Source: Oopsacas minuta
Taxonomy: Eukaryota; Animalia; Porifera
Direction of reading: 5' to 3'
Length of the DNA stretch: 64,000 nt
Assembly: GCA_024704765.1 (NCBI GenBank)
Contig: JAKMXF010000355.1
Location: forward strand, 68,459 to 132,458
The notes under the pieces are model-generated. The model was not told the origin of the DNA. It was given only the letters and a program-made list of their open reading frames with translations, and did no database searches. Position 1 is the stretch's first letter. Each line of letters begins with the position of its first letter. A program made the translations under genes and the position numbers. Below, one piece after another: positions 39,569 through 51,868 of this stretch.

Positions 39569-41780
39569 ATGAAACGTCCACTTTTTGCGAAGCATAATGT
39601 TTCATCAATAAGCTGCATAATTTGCAAGAAACATCGTTGCATTAAAAAGTATCGTCGCCATTTATCAACGCACGTGAAGGAGGGAGAAATTACGACAGAG
39701 AATGTAAAAAAGATTATTTTCAATTGCCGTGTAACCAGATCCGATAAAAAGAAGAGTTATCACGATCAAATTCAGAAAGGCTATGTATGCCACTTTAAAA
39801 AGGACTTAACACAAGAGTGCGGTCACATCGTTCTGGACCTTAAGCGGCATCTGGTCTCTGTCCATAAACTCGACAGATTCTGCTCCCTTTTTGGGGATTT
39901 GGTTGAAAAGGGGACCACCAAATAGCCTACAAAACGTAAATTGAATGCGATATACTACTCTTCTGAATCAGAACGGAATGATACTTGCAAAAAGAAATTT
40001 GCTCATCACAGGATATGAACAACGCAAATGCTAGATTCAATCGGTATCCATCCCCGACCAGATAATACCCCACTCACAAAATATTTTTACTAATGAAAGT
40101 GATACTGACAGTGATCATGGTGACTCGTGTTCGAGGCAACACTTGTTCCTCCGCGCGAAGCTTGCTCTTCCTCAATAACCTCTCCTCCCACAATACCTCG
40201 AGCAAGCAATGACTCTACAAGCCTCCAAATTATTGATATGGAAAAGTTAACAGCGAAATTTCACACTTTCATAATTACCAAAGGTGGTGGCGGAAGGTGC
40301 AATACCCCAATTAAAGGAGATATTTCTTCATTCAGGTGTCTCGCGAAAGAGGTTGGGTGGGGAAATTTCTGGAATCATAATGTACTGAATGATTACATTA
40401 CTTCAGCTACCTGTTCTCCCTCCACATCCTACGCTCGCCTTAGAGTGTACGAAAGGTTTATCCATTTCTTGCGTTCGCAATTCCCTAATCTCCTCTCGCC
40501 TCCAGAACGCATGGTAACCATTGAATCAATGCTAAAGGCAATTAAAGAAGCTTTGGGCAAGGATCGCCATTACCGTGGTAAAATAACTATGACATCTAGT
40601 CGTACTCGTATGCCGCATTCTTTGAATGTTTTAAGATAGTGGCGATTAGAGAGAAAGTCAGTGAAAGTAAATCGCTGTTTCCTGGTTGCACAAACGATAA
40701 TACATTTCAATTAGAAGAAAGCTTATTTATTAAGCTGCGAAATTTCCTTATTGTAGAAGCGATATTGAATAATGCGCAGCGCTCTGGCATCATAGAGGGG
40801 ATGAGAATTCGAGAAGTTTTAAGTCAAGAAACAATGCAAATGAAGATCGTCTACACTATTTATATGTGTAAGAACATAAAACAGGTCACATGCAGCCAGC
40901 AATAATGTATCTGGATTCGGAAATGTATAATTACCTATTAATATTCGTGGTGGTTGTGATTCCGTGTTACCATGATTGGAAGTTCAAAGATCTGGTGAGG
41001 ATAGTCGAGCATTTCAAGCATGGAAGTCTCAAATTTTACATCCCAGCAATGTAAATCATTGTTTTAGAGCAGGGTTAACCTTATTTGGGATTAATGATCC
41101 ACATGGATGCCCCACACATTATAGGAAGGCAGCATCAACTCTAATTAGCATCCATAGGCCAGAGCTCCAGGAAACGCTCTTCTAATTCATGTTCCATTTG
41201 CGATCTACTACAGAATAACATTACCATACTCACATGGCGCATAGAGGAATGTACACAATTTTTAAAGAATTAGGGAGATGCCAAGTCATTGAGGGACATG
41301 TCGCAGACTTCGTCACTACTCCCCATGAAATTCCCACTAACCTTCCTGACTCTAGTATTAAGACTGAAATTGACGATGTAATTGAAGTGGACATCAGTGC
41401 CAATACAGATGCTTCAGGTATTGAATCGGTATCGCCTCTAGCAGTGGATTTGATAGATGAATTACAATATCAAGAGGAACTATCTCACCCCAAATTTCAT
41501 TCAAAATGGAATGCGAAAAGTTTCCTTTGTGATCAAACGGAAGAAGATACTTTTCCGAGTTTTTAGGAGTATGATAACGGATTCAATTGCACTTCGTCTA
41601 GTATGTACAAGGGATGTTTGCCACTTAGCTCAGAATTCGGAATTTAAGCTATATGGGGGAGACTGGTGGAGCATTATGGATATGCGGCAGCGAGTAAGAA
41701 GATTACTGCAAAAATTCGAGCTTATGGCAGAAACCACCGAAAGAAGACACCAGAATCAGATTGAGAATTATTGCTAATAG
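39569..41780 (+). pseudogene. Tyrosine-recombinase gene of a Crypton-like element, fragmented
   Basis: Collinear catalytic motifs across frames: LRNFLIVEAILNNAQRSGIIEGM (Arg-I), EHKTG (Lys), CPTHYRKAAST (x-x-x-Arg-II), FMFHLRSTTE*HY (His and Tyr nucleophile). N-terminal C2H2-like CIIC...YRRHLSTH and C...LKRHLVSVH. No RT or RNase H nearby. Confidence 0.8.
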
Positions 41781-42092
41781 CCAAGCTGAAGCGCTTTAGT
41801 ATCGAAGAGAAACTTTCCATCTGCTAGAGATACAGCAAGAAAGCTGTCAGTAACTATCAGAAGCTTGGTATGACTTGTTATTCTAGTCAATTCCTAGTTG
41901 TTTTGAGTGCTTTATAGTATCGTAAAAAGTGCACTTGGCTGATGAAAAATCCCGCAGAAATTTCAAATTTTTTTTTTCCCTTCGGGTGTTTTTGCCTGTT
42001 TTTGCTGGAACCTGTCGATGCAAAAACACCCGATTTAATTGTATATCAATTTGTATTTCCGTATATTTGATTAGATTAAGGACAGCCTAACA

Positions 42093-42596
42093 ATGGCGGA
42101 TTTGGTGGGAGCTTTAGCCAAATAGCTAAAAGAAATGAGAACAAGGGTGGAACAGATACCAGTGGAAAATTCTGAATTAAGAGCGGAGACAAGAGAGCTG
42201 AGGGAAGATAATTGGCAGGTTAATGACGAGATTACAAAACTAAAGCACAAATTTGATTTTGTTCTAGAGAAGGAGCAAGCCATGGAGGTATGGTGGGAGC
42301 AAGAGAAGGCAGAATGGGAACAGCAGAGGCACTTGGAAAAGCAAAGAAATATGAGGGAATTGAATTAGAGATTTGAGAGGGAGGAAGATAACAAAGAGAG
42401 ATTAAAGGAATGGGACCGGAAATTAAAGAATTTTTGATGTGGGAAGAGAGCTCGAGGAGGCGCGCAGCTGACGATAGAGAAGAGCGATAGATATGAAAAG
42501 ATCATTTACGGTTGGCAGGTGTGGGATGAAGACGGGAGGAGGGAGGCCCCCGCCGTCGTCAATCTGAATAAGAATATAGGTAGGCAACTGTGATAG
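42093..42596 (+). pseudogene. Decayed coiled-coil ORF of unknown origin
   Basis: Purine-rich, Glu/Arg/Lys-rich heptad-like sequence (EMRTRVEQIPVENSELRAETRELREDN...) with internal stops; ends YEKIIYGWQVWDEDGRREAPAVVNLNKNIGRQL*. Confidence 0.45.
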
Positions 42597-44689
42597 ACTT
42601 TGCAATGGATAACTTTTTATATTAGCTACTTTGTAGGTTTATTAGTACTAGTGGTATGTAGTATATGTGCCAGAGTTAGTTGCTATTTATTAATACAAGT
42701 CACCCCGCTGGCTCGCGCTACTAGCTTTGCTGACACTTCATGTCCGCACTAGGAAGAAAGTTATCTCTGATTGTTGAAAAATTGAAGAATAAAATTATTA
42801 AATATCTTTTCGTGAGCATACTCAAATCTAACATAATCAGATGAAAACGGAACTAAGATGGGGAAACATAGTAAGCAAGGTCGGGGAAGCTGAGCAACCA
42901 GGGCCGCCCCACCTTTAGCAATAATAATATTAGCCCTATGGAGAAGGGCCTGAGCCGCTCTACTTTGTATTTCCTTACCGATGAGGTCTGCCCAACCTTT
43001 CATGGGCTTCTGCCCAGAAACATAGCAATAGGGGGACCTGGCCCGCCAATTTTATACAATAATATTGAATAGGGATATTCTATCCAAATAATGGCCACGA
43101 CTAAAATATATCCGGCCCCCCAAAGAAATTTGGGTGGCTACGCTCATGCTTCCGCCGTCTTTGATAAGCAAACAACTTGAATGCAACAATGATTTGAAAT
43201 GTTTGGTGGTGGTGATAGGTGTGAAAAAGGCCGTTTGGTAAGTAGACACGTCTTCACAGCTGTCGGCGCATGTAAACAATAACCGAACCTTTTTAGGCTT
43301 ATGGCATTGAAATTCTAATCCTAGAACAAATTTTCCATGAAGTCTTGGTCCTAGAGTGGACTGAAATCCCATAGAAAATTGGCCTTCATGACCATTTTTC
43401 GCGGAGTGATTTTCCAATGACAGGTCTATTGAAAGGAATCATAATTATCTATCAATTAGCAGGATCCTCGCCCTTTCAATCTCAACGACCCATTTTATGA
43501 TTTAGAAGTTACAAACCACAGAACTATAATCTATAATTTTATTCTCTAAATGCCGATAAAGATCCGAAATTCATGCATAAACAATTTTGTCATGGAGTTT
43601 CTGTCAGTACCAATTATTTTTCCATTTTAAATTGTTCTCCAAGACCAATTTTCTTGACTGACCTACTATTTGGTTTCGCACGGCGATAGCTGGACCACTT
43701 TTTAATAGGTCTTATGAATTATCAATGTGTATAGGGCCTATTAAACAGTATTGTTTGGCGGACCAGTTTTATAGGAATCTATGGTCAAGTCGGACCACTA
43801 TTGAGACAGGTGCGACGCTCCTGGATAATACGTATTCCTAGTGAAACATTTTGTGAATTGGCATTTATAAAATGAACATATTCTTCATGGTGATTTTGTA
43901 AATCGACAGAAAACATTTATTGAAAAAAGAGATTCCAATGAAGTATTCGACAATATTTACAAATGATGATTAAAGTTGTTTTCGATCTGTGATGGTGACT
44001 TGTGTAAAGAAAGCCTCCATTTATACACTCGGCGATTTAGATTCAGTACACAATGAAAGATGATGTGATGTGTAAAATGGTATACCCTATCATAGGTTAT
44101 CTAGATTGAATGCCAATTACTGACTGTATTACGAGGGGAAACAATTAATTTGCACAACAAGCTAACAACTTTCTAGATCATAAATTATTGGAATGAATTT
44201 TGATTATTGAAATGATCGATATTCAACAAAACAAGTAGTGAATAGAAATATGTACTCGTACTAGAAATTTAAAAATGAACAAACAAATAACAAATAAAGA
44301 TATTTGAGAATTGTAAGTACAGTCGACTACGCTTAATTAGGTCACATCTTTCCAGGGATTTTGACTCGATTAAGCGGATTGAATTACTGCAATTCATATA
44401 ATCTGTTCTTGGTTAAGTATTCGAATATTATTTCGTTTGATGGCTTAGCCATTTTCCAGCCTACATTATTTAACCAAACACAAATACTTGATTAAAACTT
44501 GATACTTATGTAATATCTCGAACCATCTTAAAATGCTAATAAACTAAAATGTCTAGATTAACAATAAAGTTGTATCCTGAGGTTAATAATTATCAAACCT
44601 GACTGTAATTTGTATCTTTTTAATGAAAAAATATAAGATGTGATCCATTAAATATAGTTAACAAACATTCGTTTCAAACGATTTTTCTT

Positions 44690-45250
44690 CAATCTATTTC
44701 ATTTTTTCATTCTGGTAAACCAATTATCAAAACATTTTTTCCACTCTTCGGGTATGTCTCCGATCGCTTAGAAAAGTGCCCCTCTCAACTCCTCATTAGT
44801 CGAAAATCTCCTCCCACGTAATAGATCTTTGAGTCTAGGGAACAACCAGAAGTCGCAAGGGGCTAAATCAGAACTGTAGGGTGGGTGAGGTATGTTTTGA
44901 GTCCAGAATTTTCCAAAAACTCACGAGTTCTGATTACCGTATGCAATGATGCATAATCATGATGAAGAAGAATTCCTCTACTGCCTGCCTTCTCCCGCTG
45001 TGACTCAATTGCTGTGATGACTTTGGGTAGGCACACTGTAGTGTACCAGTCGGCAGTAACAGTCTTTCTATATTCGAGGGAAACAGCTTCGACAAACCCA
45101 CTAGATCTGAAAAAAATCGCCCACATTTGTTTCCAGCAGATCTAGCCCTCCGCACTTTGGTCGGAGGTGGGTCATCTTCTTCAACCCACTCCTTTGATAT
45201 TCGCTTTGTTTCTGGATCATAATGATAATGATTGGGTATTCTGTTGCCTG
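44690..45250 (-). pseudogene. 5'-truncated mariner transposase fragment
   Basis: YDPETKRISKEW, LLHHDYASLH, HPPYSSDLAPCDFWLFPRLKDLLRGRRF, EWKKCFDNWFTRM. TIRs not found. Confidence 0.88.
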
Positions 45251-46112
45251 CAATGGCTAAGGTTGGCGGGACTCCTAGTTTTGAAGGTTTTTGAAGGTTT
45301 ACCCTCTATATTATGTTATAACATAGAATCTGAGAAAATACATGACCTAATCTTGGTCAAAAATATAGATAATTCTGGTTGATTTATATACTTCAAGCAC
45401 AGCTTATAATTTACTACTGTTCATAAAAGTAGGTCAGTGGTAATCACAAATCTATAATGTTATGCATATTAGAAGCCATAGACTAGTTCTATAACTCTAA
45501 TTCAAAAATACATTTATGTGGACAAAATGAAATGAATATAGTTCTTAGTTAGGTCTATCCACCGCACATTTGGTAGATAAACGTGAAATTTATCATCACT
45601 TTGAGATATGGCCATAACCCAATGTGATTCACATTGAGATTCTTTTAGTAATTTAAAGACTGGGTACTATAATTATTTCCTGGACCAGGGATGAAGAAGA
45701 AGTGCTTTTGAGTTGATTAGAGGCAAAAAATTATGAGATAATCAAATATATTGAAGATATTATGAAGTTCCACAAATATGACGCGAGAAATCACACATTC
45801 CAGATCTAGAAAATACTTCCAGGTCGAAAAGACATCATGTTAACACCTAATACGCTGATATGTTGGTAAATGCTAACCCTAGAAACGAAAAATATTGATC
45901 TTTGATTTAAAATTCAATTATGAGTTAGTCCAAATATCTTGTACCTAAATATCAAAAAATTGTCATGATAGAGTTGACTAATTCTTAAGTTAGAGCTGAA
46001 CCCATATAATGCACTTCTATGTAAATATTCACAAATAACTGGATAATTATAGTCAAATCAAGATAGAAATTTATAATATATACATAACTTAACTTAACAT
46101 ATCCAGTGGATA

Positions 46113-46206
46113 CATTTTGATGTGATATCACTGAAAACTATTGTGCACTCTTGAATATGCATATTCAGGATTATGTCACAATTGTACGAGATATCACATC
46201 AAAATG
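46113..46206. mobile_element. 94-bp MITE
   Basis: Perfect inverted ends CATTTTGATGTGATATC / GATATCACATCAAAATG with TA on both sides. Confidence 0.65.
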
Positions 46207-47263
46207 TATTATCAGGATATGGGAAATTGGGTTCGTAGTGTATACTAGCGCGCTACGCTTGTTAGGTTGCTGCGCGATAGCTTAGTACTCTGGTGTATAA
46301 CAAAGCAGAAATTTTAGTACTATATTATCCATGGTCCATCCAAATTACATTCTGTAGAGACACTGGAGATGCTATGTTGGTTTTGGTTAGAAATCCCGGC
46401 ACTTGGTGCATCAGGTATTAAGAAAATCAGTACCCATGGATGTATGTTGAGAGCAAATCTATAAGTATCATTTAAGATCTCTATTGTTTGTTTATTATAT
46501 ATTCAAAAAACAAATACATTAAAACATGATAAATTCGAAAGTGTGAAAGTAAGATTCAGCTTATTTGATTCATTTAGTCAAGTTTTATTGAATTCCTTAT
46601 ACTTTCTCGATAAATGATAAATACATAGTTATGCGACAGCAAGTAATTGCGAAATTCAATCTCAAAATAGCTTGCCATAATCCTTTCCTCGACAACGAAC
46701 AGAGAAGCAAACAAATAAAAATTAATATAATAGAATTGTTAGAATTTACAAATACTCAAGCGCTCGTATTCTATGTATGCGTAATCCGGATATGCAGCTA
46801 ATCCGGAAAATTCATCATAATAAATATAATATACGGAAAAGAGTTAACCATTTTGAGGAAACGAAGCAAACGAAGGTTTCATGAATTTTTCATACGAAAC
46901 TAGCATTAATTTGCAGACTATACATTCAATAATATTTAGAAAATTCTTCTGCAGCCTTATAAAGAGTATGAATCTTTTTACAAAATTATTTACATGTTGG
47001 GGCGAAGTGTGTGTAATCCGGAGTGCAACTAATCTTGTTGAATTTCTGAGGTGCCAGCGAATCCGAGCCACACTCAGTTGGCGGTGTATTAAGAAATCAT
47101 AATTTAGAGAACACAAATATATAATATGATTAATATCGCTTTTTAATTATATATTATTCAATCATTGTTCTCTGTCTGTGTGTCCGTCTTTTGTCCGTTA
47201 TCAAGGATAGGGTTTATGGTATGCGATCTTGAATCGTATTTAGTTAATTGGAGATATCGCATA

Positions 47264-47664
47264 TAGGGGTGTACAGGATATCCGATGGTATCCAGCAAAA
47301 TCTGGCCATTAGCAAGATAGCCGGTTCCGGCCGAGACCAACCAATATCGTCAGGATAATAAACTCGGCCCATTTGAAAATATGAGTATAGAAATATCAAC
47401 TGAACCCAATGTATATAAAATCGTGTGGAATAATACTCTAACCAAGCAAAAGTTTCTAAATTGCTACCATAAAAGTTATTGTGAACGAGTAGCGGAATCT
47501 AAGAGTGGTAAGTTAATGCGTTGCTTTTAATACTCAACTCAGTAAATTCGAATATACAAAAGCTACCAAGTATAGTAATCACAAATATTATCGGGCATCC
47601 GGATAATTTCAGCCGGATATCACATCCGGCAGGATAGCAAAAATTCACATCCGGTGCACCTCTA
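47264..47664. mobile_element. hAT-type MITE, 401 bp, related to the 16386-16740 element
   Basis: TIR TAGGGGTGTACAGGAT versus (reverse complement) TAGAGGTGCACCGGAT; exact 8-bp TSD ATCGCATA at 47256-47263 and 47665-47672; many CCGGAT motifs. Confidence 0.88.
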
Positions 47665-48187
47665 ATCGCATATGTACAATTAACTCCATTAAATTGGGAC
47701 ACTTTTAAACAAATCTGTCCCATTATAGCGGAATCCCGATTATCAGTTTTAATAGATAAAGAACAATGCAAAGCATGGCCATCAAAATTAGACCTCAAGG
47801 AAATTAAAGAGATTTGGAGAAACAAGTAAACTTCATGGCGAATTAAAACTATTAAACAACTATAATAAGGTATAAGTATGTAGATCATTTCATCTTTGAA
47901 GTATCAAACCAATGATCAATTATTATTAGCGTTTAAAAGAAGAATGAAAGTGGCAAGAAACACCGAACAGTAGATCAGAAGATAAGAGAACTTTACTATG
48001 GGCCTTAAATTAAACTGTATTAGCAAATGTGGACCTAAATTTTTCAGCAAGAATTAATGCTACAAAACCTGTTTAAATCATTCTAATGATATCGCTGACC
48101 ATTTGAATATACATGATGACAACTATACATAAACGAAAAACAGCAATTTCAGAATATTGCGATATAGAAGCAAAATCTTCAATATAC

Positions 48188-48727
48188 CTTATTAATATCT
48201 TTATTTAGGAACGCATACAATTGCATTTTAGAGTAGGATAGATCAAAATTACGCTCTGCGAATCCATGATCTGATTGGAGATATTCCCAGAGTAACTTTG
48301 CTCTCTGAATTAGACGAGAAGAACTATGAATACTGATCTGAAAAATAGAATTATCACAGTGGGAGATGACTGAATTTCTAACAGAGCAAAAAGAACTCAA
48401 ACAATATGAATATGGATCTGCCGGGTGGTAAGATTTGTGAAACTGTAAATCAAGACTATTCGCTGAGTTATAAGCCATTCCACAAGCTAAACAAATGGAA
48501 TAAGCAAGCTTTTTCTGGCCAAGGTCAATGTGCGTCTGAAAAGTGCTGTCGGCTTGTTGAAAATCGCCCTGATGCTTTTTACATTGTTTCATGGATTGAG
48601 AGAGGGCTCTGTTACTTTGCGGAAATAATGTAGATGTACCAAAATTCAATCGACTTTGCTTAAGACGCTTCGTTAAAGATGTATAATCATCAATACGATC
48701 AGACATATGGGATAGTCTCTTGGACAT
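48188..48727 (-). CDS. ESCO: Eco1/ESCO cohesin acetyltransferase, upstream exon (PIP box, C2H2 zinc finger, start of GNAT)
   Basis: QTHIDLGQK (PIP-box-like) then CLACGMAYNSANSLDLQFHKSYH (ESCO zinc finger); ends in donor AAG|gtatat; 180 codons. An acceptor-like tttatctag lies just upstream of the ATG, so more 5' exons are possible. Confidence 0.9.
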
Positions 48728-50126
48728 TGGTTGCTAGATAAACAGAAAATTGAATCTGATTTACTTGGGGTGCTATTCACTAAATTTCTTAAACTGAAAC
48801 ATCTCAAAACTTAATTTTGCCTATGCTTAAAGTATAAATATTTTTGATGCAAATTGATGCAAAGTGGAAGCATGTCCAATATGCTTTCATTTTGGCCATG
48901 CAATTGCTCAAAATTATTACAAATAGAACTTTGCAAATATAAGTCTGCTACAGAATGGACCTAACATTTGTTTCTAAAATTAATCAAATTCTAAGCTAAC
49001 TCAAATTGAATTGTATATAATTATAGAAGCAGAGTACAATCCCCTATAGTAGGGACGTGGGAGGCAAAAAACAAATTGGCACGGCGAGGTACATTGTATT
49101 GGTACGGCATTCATCACATATGACCATTAATAATATTAGGAATTCTGAATTATTGGTGCGGTAAACGCCGCACCTGCCGCACCGGTTCCTACGGCCCTAT
49201 ACAGCATGCTATAACTTTGAAACGTATGGATATCTTAACCACAGCCGGAATGATAAACTCGAAAATGGAATTATGCAAACATTCTCTCAATATTTCAGTC
49301 TATAAATATAAAACAAAGATTCATTTCATCATACCCTTATAGAAAACTCACTCTAAAATTATATATAAGCCTAATTTACATCCAGAACATGTTCAAGTGG
49401 TAAACACTCCAAAAAATTGTATATACATAAGCTTAAGTCCAGTGAATAACATACCAGTGTACTCCAAATTGTGTAAGTTATTTCTATTTTCCGTAATAGC
49501 AGAGGTGACTATGTTCTTTCTGGATTTCCAAGAATATATTTTGACAAAGTTTAGCTATAAATTTATAACTTTGCATGTATACCAGTTCGTGGCATACAGT
49601 GGCTGATTAGGGGCGATTACGGTTCTGTGTATAATGATTTTTACAGTATATGTATATTCGTATAAACTATTGGCTATTAGGGAATTCCATGTCAAATATA
49701 TCAAGTCATCCAGCTATTTCACCAACATCAGCCGATTGGCCTAAAAGTTGGACAGACAAAAGCCCCAACCTAACAATTAGATAAGTTCTTAGTTTTTATT
49801 TTTCAGTCTAGTGGTTATTGAATTATGACAAGAGAAAATACAAGTTTTTAAAACAATTTTTGAATATTTGAATTCAAGCCATTTGTATATTATACTACAA
49901 ACTTGTTAGTTCATATCCCATCGAAATAAAACTTTACATATATATATAGATTAAAGCATGTAGATATGCATATCACCTGAATCACTTCAAAAATACATAT
50001 AACAAAAAGTACACAAAGCATGATAATATAAATGTATACAGAGCATGCTCATATAAAAATACACAGAGTATGCACATGTAAAATTACACATTGTAATTAT
50101 TGGGACTTTGGTATTTCTGACTTGTA

Positions 50127-51849
50127 CAGACTTGCCAACCCTCCAGGGATCCAGGCATTTACTGGAAAATCCAGGGATTCGAAAGTTTATATCGGCCGGG
50201 AAAATTGTGAATATTAACTACGATGTCAATAACTATAAGTGTTACATAACAATCAATAAGTTATTCTTCAGAACTAGATTATACAGTCAGAGGACAAAAG
50301 TATTCGAACTCACAAATATATTGTCATAAATTGTATACTCTTTCCCACTCCCATATATTGTATAGTCTATATCCGTAGCTGCAATCTAGTAATTTGTATA
50401 GAATAACATATGTTTTTCAAGAATTTCAAAAAAATATTTTCGATTCACAGCTTTGAAGGAGTTAATTATTAATAATTATTAGATAATTATTGATATCTAG
50501 AATATGTGGTAATTCAAAGCCTATTAAGTATCTAAAATTTCTGAGTGGATATTTGAATTCTACATAGGCGAGTTACCCCAGATTGATATTTCCAATCGGA
50601 TTGAACAATTTTTACCAAAGGTATAGAAGAATTTCAATTTGTCTCACTTGTACCACTTTATTCAAAAAGTGGCACAGGTGGCAGGAAAAACCCACTACAA
50701 GGAAATCAACTAGAATTAGGAGGAATAAGTCGAAGTGATATTTTCGAATGACATGACTATGCTAACCCTTGAATTACAAAATAATCTCTTGGTAACGGCC
50801 ACTTGTGCCACCTTGGGCAAAAGGTGGCACAAATGGCGCAAATTAAAATTCTTCTATAACTCTGGTAAAAATTGTCAATCCGATTGCAAATGTCAAATTG
50901 AGGTAACTCGCCTACGTAGAATTCAAATATCAAGTCAGAAATTATAGACTCTTAATAGGCTTTGAATGACCACATATTTTGAATATCAATAATTATCCAA
51001 TAATTATTAATAATTAACACCTTCAAAAAGTGTAAATCGAAAATATTTTTTTGAAATTCTTGAAAAACATATGTTATTCTATACAAAATTACTAGATAGC
51101 AGCTGCGAATATAGACTACATAATATATAGGAGCGGAAAAGCGTGTACAATTTATGACAATATATTTGTGTGTTCGAATACTTTTGTCCCCTGACTGTAT
51201 ATAACCTAAAAAAAGATCCAAAGATTCTCCTGGATCATCCAGAAATTTCCCTGGATCTTTAGTTAGGGAGTTACAAGCTCCTTCTCAGACGTACGGGTTC
51301 TTGTTGAGTTATATAATATCTCCGATACGTCTATGCATATAATCTATACGAATTATCTCCGAACAACATAATAGACATACATCACTTCTAGCTACTCAAC
51401 AGCTATCTTCATTATTATTCAAATATGAACTAATTTAGCATGAACAGATTGTTTAGTATTGTTAATACGGGTATTGAAGGTTGTTAATGTTCTGATTATT
51501 CTAATAGAGTTTAGTGAATATTTCAAACTGAAATCAGAAAACAAAACATAAAGGAGAATTGAATATTTTAGATATCACTATACTTTATAGACCATTGTTA
51601 CTTCTTGTAAAGTAAACTACTTTAGAGTTTTTATATAGCTTTTCACCCAATCGAGGGCCGGAAGCCACAGTGCAGACCCTGTTATTACATATAGGTATTA
51701 AAAAATATTAGAATTATTCTAAATGGGGGAGTATAAAGTGTAGCTTATTTATTCTATTATTGGGCCCGTAAATCCAGGGAAATGGTTAAAAATCCAGGGA
51801 TTTTAAGATTTCAATCCAGGGAATTATCAACGAAGGGTTGGTAAGTCTG
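50127..51849. mobile_element. 1723-bp non-autonomous element with 6-bp TSD (same family as 10360-10441)
   Basis: TIR CAGACTTGCCAACCCT / AGGGTTGGTAAGTCTG; exact TSD CTTGTA at 50121-50126 and 51850-51855; subterminal ATCCAGGGA repeats at both ends. Confidence 0.9.
50284..51197. mobile_element. Tc1/mariner-type foldback MITE, 914 bp, about 245-bp TIRs, nested in the 6-bp-TSD element
   Basis: TA|CAGTCAGAGGACAAAAGTATTCGAA ... TTCGAATACTTTTGTCCCCTGACTG|TA; inverted similarity covers 50284-50527 versus 50952-51197. Confidence 0.88.
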
Positions 51850-51868
51850 CTTGTAGAGCCCTAGTTTA

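Larger units (their letters stand above)
26554..48187 (-). other. 21,634-bp GT-AG intron of the ESCO gene, filled with transposons
   Basis: Donor AAT AAG|gtatat at 48187 and acceptor ctag| at 26554, both phase 0. The joined sequence FLNKDINK-VVGICFAEEI parallels the ESCO F...KKVVGCLIAE segment with no obvious gap. Confidence 0.8.

Noticed and set aside
44128-44160. TACGAGGGG as a terminus for the 44690-45250 mariner fragment
   Set aside because: About 550 bp from the ORF end with unrelated sequence between, and no partner TIR.
49050-49199. 150-bp segment with TAGGG..GT.GGA inverted ends
   Set aside because: Ends are imperfect and no TSD was found; probably a MITE but not demonstrable.
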